Source of the DNA: an uncultured Chloroflexia bacterium
GTDB lineage: Bacteria; Chloroflexota; Chloroflexia; Thermomicrobiales; UBA6265
Assembly (NCBI GenBank): GCA_963724295.1
Contig: CAVRUC010000001.1
Span: 159,822 to 223,821 of the forward strand
DNA: 64,000 nt
Direction: 5' to 3'
In this document: in pieces, positions 46,712-55,151 of the stretch
Numbering within the stretch: the stretch's first letter is position 1
Layout of the letters: every line of letters begins with the position of its first letter
Program-made: the position numbers and the translations under genes
Notes under the pieces: model-generated
The model's input: only the letters and a program-made list of their open reading frames with translations
What the model was told of the DNA's origin: nothing
Database searches by the model: none

Positions 46712-48187
46712 ATGACAGCGTTGAATGAAGCCGCCCTCAGCAGCCTCGCCGCCACAGTCGGGACGCCCGGGTACGACCGGGCTGCCGTTTCAGCCGGAAT
46801 CGTGCATTTCGGCGTGGGTGCCTTCCATCGTGCCCACCAGGCGATGTTCATCGACGACATCCTGGCGCGCGGCTTCACCGACTGGGCGATCCGCGGCGTC
46901 GGCATCCTCGAGGGTGATCGGGCCGTCCGCGACGCCCTCCGCGCCCAGGACAACCTCTACACGCTCGTCACCAGCTCCCCGGACGGCACGTCCGTCGCGC
47001 GGGTGATCGGCTCGATCCATGAGTACCTCTACGCGCCGGACGACCCCAACGCGGTCCTCGATCGCCTCGCCGACCCGGCCACGCGCATCGTCTCGCTGAC
47101 GATCACCGAGGGCGGCTACAGCGTCAACGACGCCACGGGCGAGTTCGACCCGCGCGACCCGCTCACGCTGCACGATCTGCAACCCGGCACGCGCCTGCCG
47201 GTGAGCGTTCTGGGGTACATCACCGCCGGGCTGGCGCGGCGCCGGGAGGCAGGCACGCCACCGTTCACGGTGATGACCTGCGACAACATCCAGGGCAACG
47301 GGCATGTGGCGCGGACCGCCGTCCTGGGCTTCGCCGAGCGCAAAGACCCCGACCTCGCCGCCTGGATCGCCGGGAACGTGGCGTTCCCCAACTCAATGGT
47401 CGACCGCATTACGCCGGTGACCACGGACGAGACGCGCGCCAGCGTGCTGGCCGAGTACGGCATCGAGGATCGGTGGCCGGTTCACGCCGAATCCTTCGCC
47501 CAATGGGTCCTCGAGGACACCTTCCCCAGTGGCCGGCCGCCCCTGGAGCTCGTTGGCGTCCAGATGGTCGACGACGTCGAGCCGTACGAGCTGATGAAGC
47601 TGCGGCTCTTGAACGCCTCGCATCAGGGAATGGCGTATCCCGGCATCCTGGCCGGCGAACAGTTGGTGCACGAGGTCTGCCGGGATCCCCTGTTCACCGA
47701 TTTTCTCCTCGACTATATGCGCCTCGAGGCGATGCCGACGCTGCAACCGGTGCCGGGTATCGATCTGGACGCCTACTGCCGCGAGCTGATCGACCGGTTC
47801 AGCAACGAGGCCGTTCGCGACACCCTTGCCCGCCTGGCCTTCGATGGCTCGGAGCGCATCCCCAAGTTCCTCCTGCCGGTGCTACGCCAGCAACTGGAGA
47901 CCGGTGGCGAGATCCGGCGCAGCACGCTCGTGCTGGCCGCCTGGAGCCGCTTCCTGGAAGGACGCGATGAGAACGGCGACCCGACGCCCATCAACGACCG
48001 GCGGGCGACGGAGCTGATCGCGGCCGCGCACGCAGAGCATGCCGAACCAGGTTCCTTCCTGGACTACCAGCCCGTCTTCGGTGATCTCGGGACGAACCCG
48101 CGCCTGCGCGATACATTTATTGTCTGCCGCGCGTCGCTTGTCGATCGCGGGGCACGGGCCACAGTCTCGGCGATTGCCGACTTCTGA
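46712..48187 (+). CDS. Mannitol dehydrogenase family oxidoreductase (mannitol 2-dehydrogenase / fructuronate reductase-like)
   Basis: From ATG 46712: GIVHFGVGAFHRAHQAMFIDD...TITEGGY...MTCDNIQGNG...FPNSMVDRITP...LRLLNASH. Confidence 0.85.
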   Translation: MTALNEAALSSLAATVGTPGYDRAAVSAGIVHFGVGAFHRAHQAMFIDDILARGFTDWAIRGVGILEGDRAVRDALRAQDNLYTLVTSSPDGTSVARVIGSIHEYLYAPDDPNAVLDRLADPATRIVSLTITEGGYSVNDATGEFDPRDPLTLHDLQPGTRLPVSVLGYITAGLARRREAGTPPFTVMTCDNIQGNGHVARTAVLGFAERKDPDLAAWIAGNVAFPNSMVDRITPVTTDETRASVLAEYGIEDRWPVHAESFAQWVLEDTFPSGRPPLELVGVQMVDDVEPYELMKLRLLNASHQGMAYPGILAGEQLVHEVCRDPLFTDFLLDYMRLEAMPTLQPVPGIDLDAYCRELIDRFSNEAVRDTLARLAFDGSERIPKFLLPVLRQQLETGGEIRRSTLVLAAWSRFLEGRDENGDPTPINDRRATELIAAAHAEHAEPGSFLDYQPVFGDLGTNPRLRDTFIVCRASLVDRGARATVSAIADF

Positions 48188-48338
48188 GAGGCGGGGTCCT
48201 TTGTGTTGGCTGTTTCATTGTGCCGGGGAAGACCTGCTTCCTGATGGGCGGGCAAGGCTGCGGCTCTGATCTCTGCAACTTCCAGGGTCGTCGAAAAGGC
48301 CAAGAATCAGTGCGCAGCCGGTCGACGTACTCATCCCT

Positions 48339-49265
48339 CTAGGGCTTTGTGGCGTCCTCCATGTGGATAAGCTGCTCGGTCTGGTGAGTACCCTGAGCGA
48401 TCCTCAACGTCGTACGTTCTGGTTGGCCTGGTTGCTCAGTGTTGACCATGAACAGTTGCTCGTCTCCGACCGTCGTCTCCCCCCACGAGACATGCGCAGT
48501 GCCGACGAGCCCATGCTGCAACGGTATCGGGGTCATCCTCAGATCGCACTCGATTTCGACCTTGATTGCCCGCACGCGCCATTTAGTGCCATAGGTGTCG
48601 ATCAGGTAGCAGCCAGGGACAAGCTCAAACATTGCAGTTGCCCGGCTCCGGTCCTGATTCGCGTAGAAGAAGTCCATCAAATTCTTGCCCGACTCCGGCC
48701 GCCGCAGCACCTGTTCTGCTAGCTCCCCGACAGGCCCGGCTTTCTCGTCATCCTTTGAGTAGAGTGGTTCACCAAGACCCACCTCGGGCTCCTCAGGGTG
48801 CCCGTACTCTTCTGCCAATACTGCGCGACACTTCACGATATTGACGTTGAATCGACCAAGGAACACCTCCTTGAGTTTACTGACCTTCCCCGCCCAGTCA
48901 GATTCGATAGCTTCCTGCAGGTCCATCGTTTCAATACCAAACTTTTCCGCTTCATTCAGGGCGTTCTTTGTGAACCCGGTCCGGGATACGAGGATCAGTT
49001 TGTCTGTCCGGTGCTCATGCTTGCCGCGCATCTCCTGCACCCACCCAACGTCAGCAGCGCGACTCCGGTCGCGAACTTCGACTCCTATCTGCAGGGTAAT
49101 TTGGCCTGCTGGTTCTTCGATCAAGATGTCGACTTCTTGCGCTTTGCCTCCGAGCCGATCCGGAACCATGGCGGACTCGCTGACTGTAGCGCGATCATGG
49201 AGTTGGCGATGCAGTAGATAGATCAGGCGTTGGAATTCGTTCGAACGTCTCGGCATGTCAACCAT
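48339..49265 (-). CDS. Restriction-endonuclease-like (PD-(D/E)xK, Mrr-cat-like) N-terminal domain protein with an unknown C-terminal domain
   Basis: 308-aa ORF in the low-GC island. NEFQRLIYLLHRQL...AQEVDILIEE...IGVEVRDRSRAADVGWVQEMRGKHEHRTDKLILVSRTGFTKNAL matches the D...E-x-R/K core plus helper pattern of REase-like folds. Confidence 0.55.
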   Translation of the reverse strand: MVDMPRRSNEFQRLIYLLHRQLHDRATVSESAMVPDRLGGKAQEVDILIEEPAGQITLQIGVEVRDRSRAADVGWVQEMRGKHEHRTDKLILVSRTGFTKNALNEAEKFGIETMDLQEAIESDWAGKVSKLKEVFLGRFNVNIVKCRAVLAEEYGHPEEPEVGLGEPLYSKDDEKAGPVGELAEQVLRRPESGKNLMDFFYANQDRSRATAMFELVPGCYLIDTYGTKWRVRAIKVEIECDLRMTPIPLQHGLVGTAHVSWGETTVGDEQLFMVNTEQPGQPERTTLRIAQGTHQTEQLIHMEDATKP

Positions 49266-49353
49266 CTACCCCGTATCTTTCATTAGCCTATATCGAGTTG
49301 AGTCAATTGTCCCATGCTCAGTCAAAGACCTTAAGCTGAAGTCAGCGGCGTGA

Positions 49354-51876
49354 CTAGCCAATCTGCACGTTGAGAATCCGCAAATGATGAAGCGTCTCGT
49401 CTATGCGTTCTTGGTCGCCGATCCTGCTCCAGATCGGAAGTGCCTTTTGCAAAGCCTTGCGAGCGCCAACCAAGTCGCCTTGCTGTACGAGAACATTTGC
49501 GAGGTTTCGATTGTAAATTGCAATCCCGCGACTATCCTCTCCAGCGGTCTTTTCTGTAATCCTGATCGCGCGTTCAAAACGGTCCCGCGCGCCGGCGAGA
49601 TCTCCCTCAGATTGCAAGATATCTGCAATATTGTTCAGCGAAGTTGCTACTTGCGGATGATCTGGTCCGAACTTGGTTTCTCGAATGCGGAGGGCACGCT
49701 CATGCAGCTCCATCGCTTCGTTGGTATTACCTATACCTCGAAGGAGGTTTGCAAGGCTATCCAGGTCAGGCGTTACCGCTGGATTGTCAACGCCGTATGC
49801 CGTCTCATCGATCGCTAGTGCACGTTCAATATTGGCTCTTGCATCCTTGGTCCGGCCTTGCTTCATTAGTACCCGGGCCAACTTGAGAAGGGCAACTGCA
49901 ACCATCGGGTGGTCAGCCCCGTAGATCATTTCATTGAGATAAAGTGACCGCTGTAACAGCGCGCGAGCAGGCCGTAGTTCTCCTTGATCACTAAGAACGT
50001 CCCCTAAATTGCCGAGGGCGATAGCGACCTCCCGGCTCTCAGCGCCATCAATTCGTTCATGAATTCGGAGCGCCTGCTCCAGCACATTCCGTGCGGCCCG
50101 GTTATCTCCCTGCCGTCTGAAGACAATGCCGAGATCATTAAGCGCTGTCGCGACGTCCGAGTGCTCAGGACCGAATACCCTCATTCGAATGGATCGAACT
50201 TCTTGAAGTAGCCCTCGAGCCGCCTCCAACTTTCCTTGATCCCGTAAGATGTTGCCCATCAGTGCTAAGTCTGTTGCCGTCTCCGGATGCTCTTTCCCGT
50301 GCGCTGCCTCGTCGATGGCGAGTGACCTCTCGATGGCCTGCAGCGCAGCGGGTAGGTCTCCTAGATCCCGCAGGATACGGGCGAGATGATGAAGACCTAT
50401 CGCTTGGTCAACATGATCGCGGCCGAGTTCGCTCTCCGAGAGCATGAGAGCATGCTCTAGCATCGGACGCGCCTCTTCAGGTCGGCCCCGCGCCGCCAGA
50501 TGAACTCCAACGCGGCCATTGAGTCTCGCGACCGCCAAGCCGGTGAGGCCTATTTCGGTTCCATGTTGCATCACGGCCAGAGCGTGAGGCAGGATCCGTT
50601 CCCAACTGGGCCAGGTTCGCGGATCGTATCCCTCGTCTGGCAATGCGGCTGCCACGACGTAAGCCGCGGCCGCAGCCCATGCCCGCTGCTGGTCTCGAGT
50701 AAGGTGATCCTGCACTACAGCCTGGACGAGACGGTGAACAGACACCGTCTGGTCGTTAATTACCTCCACGAGAGAATAACGGCGAAGGGCCACAACGGCG
50801 TCATCTAGAGCAACCCGGTCCTTCACGGTCGCTCGGAGTGGCTCGGCCAAGGCCTCAGCACCTGCCATGAGCAACTCGAGCGGAATCGCGTCCGGAGCGA
50901 GGAAGGCAAAGATCTCCAATAGACCTTCTGCCGCCGGTGCCTGGTCGGCCGCTCCCTCGAACGCCAACTCCCACGCTGTGGCAACGGTGGCTTCGTAGTC
51001 GGTCAACTCACCTCGCTTCAGCACCTCCCGACGCTGCGTGCGGAACCGCTCCAGATACCCCTCAAGGGTCAACACGCGAGCGTTGATGTAGGCTGCCGCC
51101 TGCGAAAGTGCGAGAGGCAGGTATCCCAGTTCCTCGGCCAGTGTCGTCGCTGACGCTTCGTTCGGCTGCCCTGTCCGGGTCAGTAGGAATGCTATTGCTT
51201 CGGCCGGCGGTAGAACGGGAACCGCCATCGCTAGCACGTGCGGGGGCCAATTCGGGTTGAGAGACGTGACAACCACATGTCCGAAACCAACCGTCGGCAG
51301 ATACGGCTCCAGGATCGACGGATGATCCGCGTTGTCGAACACCAGCAGGTACCGCTGGCCCCCGCGGTCCAGCCAGCGACGAACCGCCAGGATCGTCTCC
51401 TCCTGAGCTTGGCGTGCAGCCTCAACGGTCGTTGACTGGTCCTGAACCACGGCCTCGGGGAGCCCAAGTTCGCGAGCAAGGGACGCAAAGTCGGCAGCGA
51501 GCGTGGACTCATCTTGGGCTCTGATCCACCAGATTACGTCATAGATTCCGGCATGGCGGTAGGCGTACTCGATGGCGATTTGGGTTTTGCCCATTCCACC
51601 TAGTCCATGAAGTGCAACTAGTTGAACTGGGTCCGATGTGCCGCTTGAAGTCAATGACTCATGCAATTGCGCTATCAGATCCACTCTGCCAGTAAAGTTG
51701 GGATTCCGACGATGGGGAAGATTGCTAACACGCTTAGCGATTCCGTGTCCGGAAGTCCTACCCGGCACACTAGCGGAGCTTGAAGACTCGGTTTGTGGAG
51801 ATACGCTTGGGATGTAGAGTGTGCCCAGAACCTCAAATGCGAAGGCAGCTGCGTGCCGGATGCAGTAACTTGCCAA
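49354..51876 (-). CDS. STAND NTPase: NB-ARC ATPase plus about 9 TPR (TPR_10/12-type) repeats. This is the intact 840-aa part of a larger PNP-NB-ARC-TPR gene.
   Basis: Walker A LHGLGGMGKTQIAIEYA and Walker B YLLVFDNADHP. Repeated 42-aa units follow (e.g. ATALNDLGIVFRRQGDNRAARNVLEQALRIHERIDGAESREV). The N-terminal ASYCIRHAAAFAFEVLGTLY continues the PNP domain encoded upstream. Confidence 0.85.
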   Translation of the reverse strand: MASYCIRHAAAFAFEVLGTLYIPSVSPQTESSSSASVPGRTSGHGIAKRVSNLPHRRNPNFTGRVDLIAQLHESLTSSGTSDPVQLVALHGLGGMGKTQIAIEYAYRHAGIYDVIWWIRAQDESTLAADFASLARELGLPEAVVQDQSTTVEAARQAQEETILAVRRWLDRGGQRYLLVFDNADHPSILEPYLPTVGFGHVVVTSLNPNWPPHVLAMAVPVLPPAEAIAFLLTRTGQPNEASATTLAEELGYLPLALSQAAAYINARVLTLEGYLERFRTQRREVLKRGELTDYEATVATAWELAFEGAADQAPAAEGLLEIFAFLAPDAIPLELLMAGAEALAEPLRATVKDRVALDDAVVALRRYSLVEVINDQTVSVHRLVQAVVQDHLTRDQQRAWAAAAAYVVAAALPDEGYDPRTWPSWERILPHALAVMQHGTEIGLTGLAVARLNGRVGVHLAARGRPEEARPMLEHALMLSESELGRDHVDQAIGLHHLARILRDLGDLPAALQAIERSLAIDEAAHGKEHPETATDLALMGNILRDQGKLEAARGLLQEVRSIRMRVFGPEHSDVATALNDLGIVFRRQGDNRAARNVLEQALRIHERIDGAESREVAIALGNLGDVLSDQGELRPARALLQRSLYLNEMIYGADHPMVAVALLKLARVLMKQGRTKDARANIERALAIDETAYGVDNPAVTPDLDSLANLLRGIGNTNEAMELHERALRIRETKFGPDHPQVATSLNNIADILQSEGDLAGARDRFERAIRITEKTAGEDSRGIAIYNRNLANVLVQQGDLVGARKALQKALPIWSRIGDQERIDETLHHLRILNVQIG

Positions 51877-52546
51877 CCTTCAGCGTCGGTTACGCTCTTT
51901 CCTTCGATAAGGTCTGAAATTCCCCGAATAACAAGTGCATCCGTTCGTAAATTAGCCCGAATCGCCTCCAGAAAACCGAAGCCCTCCATCTCTACAGCAG
52001 CGGCGTCACTGTAATTCTCTCGGAGGAACTTGTAGACCGGGGACCGCGTCGACGCGACAATTTCGCACCAGCGGCTACGGGCTTGACAATGGCATCAGGT
52101 AGTAACTCTGGAGCGGTGGGTAGAATGCGTTTCTGCCAATTCTGGTTGCGAGCGACGGCTCTAGCGCGTTGTTCCATTCGGTAAGACGAAAAATGCAATT
52201 CTGGGCGAGCGTAGAATTCCACAGCCGCCTTACCAGATTCATACTCATAGACTTTCGTGGCCGCAACAACTCCACCGAGTTGGACATCCTTAAGGCCTCC
52301 CGCGATCCCAACGAACAATGCGACGTCAGGAGAAAAGTTCGCTATGGCCCTCTCAGTTTCGAACGAAGCCCGAACGTTTCCCATCCCGATCTGCGCGATC
52401 GCTACTGTCCAAGATAGTTCCCCTACGGTGAATCCCTCGTTCGTAAACGGTGCCTGCGGGATGCGTTTCTTCTGTGATATCGTCAATATGATCCCGTACG
52501 GCCTGGAACTCCTACAGGTATCCGTCAGAATGACTGCGGTCGGCAT
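51877..52546 (-). pseudogene. PNP_UDP (purine/uridine nucleoside phosphorylase-like) effector domain of the STAND protein, broken by at least 4-5 frame changes
   Basis: Stitching three minus-strand frames gives MPTAVILT..PVEFQAVRDHIDDITEETHPAGTVYERG/FTVGELSWTVAIAQIGMGNVRASFETERAIANFSPDVALFVGIAGGLKDVQLGGVVAATKVYEYESGK...PVAAG/EIVASTRSPVYKFLRENYSDAAAVEMEGFGFLEAIRANLRTDALVIRGISDLIEGK..DAEGWQ/YCIRHAAAFAFEVL. Breaks lie near 52505-52525, 52433-52440, 52057-52064 and 51868-51880. Confidence 0.75.
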
Positions 52547-52702
52547 TACATCACGCCCGCAGGTTGAAAGATCACGCGGCTCATGCGTTGTCTCCGGATA
52601 CACTGGCAACTTGACCTTAAGGAGTCTTGACGCCATGGACCTTCGAGCGGCAAAACCCAGTCTCTGGACTACGAAGCGTTCGGGCCATAGAACGCGTACC
52701 AC

Positions 52703-53296
52703 TTGGGTCGTGGCTTGACGCTCAACATTGGCGCGACGCAAGCATACCTTCGCGGTGGACTGACGCTATTTGAAACATACGAGGTGGAAGATGGACCGGA
52801 GGAAGGCTGGCCATGCCCGCCAGAGCAATATGCGACGATAGTAGAGACTGCTCAGTCATTTGTTGGGCTCCGAGTGGTTGCCCTTGGCAGGAAGCAGCTG
52901 ACCACGCCAGTGCCTGGTTTCAAGGAGATTCCGCCCGTCGGTGAACCGTCCCACGTCGTACTTCCTCAGGAGATTACGTTCAGAATCGGACAGTTTGTGG
53001 CCAAAGGTCCACAGGTGGCCGCATACATAGTCTATGTTGGCGATACGATTCGTCACTATGCCGCTGTGATATCAGGTGTAACCTATCAGAACATTGACCA
53101 GATCGTCGCGGCACAATTCGTCTCGAATGTCTTTGAATGGGTAAGTTATGGGAAGGTTGGTCCTACATTTCTTGATGAGTTGGTGGCGGGCGATACTGCC
53201 AAATTCAAACCCGCCTTCTTTCTAGAGAACCTCCGAGATGCGATCGACTCAGTAGTTAGTGGAGTACTTCGTTCCCATCATCACTTTGTGAACTGA
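52703..53296 (+). CDS. Hypothetical protein (island orphan)
   Basis: 197-aa ORF divergent from the STAND gene, with protein-like composition (YATIVETAQSFVGLRVVALGRKQL...YIVYVGDTIRHYAAVISGVTYQNIDQIVAAQFV). I recognise no family and the start is uncertain. Confidence 0.45.
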   Translation: MGRGLTLNIGATQAYLRGGLTLFETYEVEDGPEEGWPCPPEQYATIVETAQSFVGLRVVALGRKQLTTPVPGFKEIPPVGEPSHVVLPQEITFRIGQFVAKGPQVAAYIVYVGDTIRHYAAVISGVTYQNIDQIVAAQFVSNVFEWVSYGKVGPTFLDELVAGDTAKFKPAFFLENLRDAIDSVVSGVLRSHHHFVN

Positions 53297-53346
53297 AAGT
53301 TGATGTCTTTGGAGGGCGAATCAGACTACTCATCTCGAGCAGATGA

Positions 53347-53998
53347 ATGCGTATAAGAATGATGGCGAAAGCGTGGAGGAAATTAAAAGATACCTCAAGC
53401 ACAGTGGATGAAATCTGTATGGAGTTTACCAGTGGTGTGATTGCCAGCTATTCCACTCTAGACATGTTGTATCAGCTTTGGGTGCTTGTTGTGCGAACAC
53501 CGTTTGGGGGTCCAGATTTTCCAAATAAGCTTCACTTCCCTGACAGCAATCCTGGGGACTCCCTCAAAAAATGGAACGTGTCAGTGCCGCAAGGTTTACA
53601 GCTTCCTGACCTTGCCCGAGCCATCCCCAATCTCTCGAAAGGTCACTTCGCTGATTTGCGAAAGCTCAGAAACGATCTCGTTCACAACATGGCCTCTGAC
53701 GATGTTAGAGCGTTGGTTTATATAGGAATTGGGCTCCCTCGCGATTAACGGACGGTCCCTGCAGTACGCTCACTACCTGACTCGGGACATCGAAAAAGGG
53801 GGCGACTCTGTGACGCACCCCTGGGTCCGGAGATTCTACCAACAGCAGCGCGATGCACAAGAGGAACTGTATCGATGGAATCTAGAGATAACGCAGTGTG
53901 TAATTGATACACTCGAGTGGCTAAGCATCTATTTGAAGTATGTGGCCGGGCTTGAAGGAACTGAGGATCGTGATTACGTGAGACAAGAGCCTCTCTGA
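53347..53998 (+). CDS. HEPN-domain protein (Rx4H motif). It is apparently split by one frame change near 53728-53735.
   Basis: ORF 53347..53748 contains HFADLRKLRNDLVHN (R at 53668-53670, H at 53683-53685, R-N-D-L-V-H). The overlapping ORF 53729..53998 (LGSLAINGRSLQYAHYLTRDIEKGG...) continues plausibly as the same protein (...ALVYIGIG/SLAING...). Confidence 0.6.
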
Positions 53999-54099
53999 CC
54001 TGCCTCCGTTCGTTTGACGCCTCCAAGCCCGCTCCTATCATCGCCAACAGGCGCGGACCCGTTCCACGCCCGCGTATTCAGTATCGACAGGAAGACCCC

Positions 54100-55151
54100 G
54101 TGCAGACCCGAGACGAGATCGGCTAACGACGCTCGCCAGCTGCGCTGGCTGAGCGGCCAAATTGGGCCCGGCGGCCCTGGCGCAGGTACTGCGTCCGTTG
54201 ACCCTCGCCACCCACCCGGATCTCGTCGTCGGTCTCCAGACCAGCGACGATGCCGCGGTCTATCGGATTGCGCCCGATCTGGCGGTCGTGCAGACGGTCG
54301 ATTTCTTCACCCCGATCGTCGACGACCCCTGGACCTACGGCGCCATCGCCGCCGCCAACAGCATGAGCGACGTCTACGCCATGGGCGGCACGGTCCTCTT
54401 CGCCCTCAATGTCGCCGGGTTCCCGGAGGACCTGCCGCCGCAGATGATCACCGCCATCTTCCAGGGCGCGGCGGAGAAGGTCGCCGAGGCCGGCGCCATC
54501 ATCGCCGGTGGGCACACCGTCACCGATGCCGAGCCGAAGTTCGGGCTCGTCGTCACCGGTACGATCCATCCCGACCAGGTCTGGACCAAGGCCGGCGCGC
54601 TCCCGGGCGACGTCCTCTTCCTCACCAAACCGATCGGCACCGGCATCGTCGCCACCGCGCTCAAGAATCAGAAAGCGCGCGCCGAGGACGTCGAGGCCGC
54701 CACGGCATCGATGCTGACCCTCAACCGCGCCGCCGCCGAGACGGCGAGAGCGGCGGGTGGCGTTCACGCCGCGACCGATATCACCGGCTTCGGTCTGCTC
54801 GGGCACGCCAGCGAGATGGCGGACAAGAGCGGCGTTGGTCTGCAGATCAACGCCTGGGCGGTCCCGCTCCTGCCCGGGACGGAGGGGTACGCCGGGGCCG
54901 GTCTCATCGCCGGTGGTCTGGGGCGGAATCGGGACTACTTCGCGCACCATGGCGGCGGGATTCGTTTCGATCCCAACGTGGAAGCCGTGCAGCAGACCAT
55001 CCTCTTCGATCCGCAAACCTCCGGCGGTCTCCTCTTCGCCGTCGATGCCGGTCAGGCCGATGCCTTCGCAACCGCGTTCACCGCCGCCGGCATCCCGCTC
55101 TGGCGCATCGGCCAGGTCGTCCAGGGCGCGGGCATCGACGTTTCCCCGTGA
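54100..55151 (+). CDS. selD: Selenide, water dikinase (selenophosphate synthetase), selenocysteine-containing form. One frame discontinuity lies at 54120/54121.
   Basis: Track ORF 54162..55151 is clearly SelD (DFFTPIVDDPWTYGAIAAANSMSDVYAMGG...ATDITGFGLLGH). In the same frame upstream: R-L-T-T-L-A-S-C-A-G-TGA(54150-54152)-A-A-K-L-GPAALAQVL, which is the SelD N-terminal loop with Sec in place of Cys. That frame has no start codon. GTG 54100 (RBS AGGAAG) encodes VQTRDEI in the +1 frame, and one extra C at ATC|GG would give ...DEIRLTT. Confidence 0.85.
54157..54180 (+). promoter_or_regulatory. Candidate bacterial SECIS hairpin for the selD UGA
   Basis: CCA-(AATT bulge)-GGGCC-CGGC-GGCCC-TGG. The apical loop lies 17-20 nt after the UGA and contains G. 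Confidence 0.5.

Noticed and set aside
49384-51512. Several 60-145-aa ORFs on both strands inside the NB-ARC-TPR gene.
   Set aside because: They are embedded in a long ORF with unmistakable Walker A/B motifs and TPR repeats, and no independent support exists for them.
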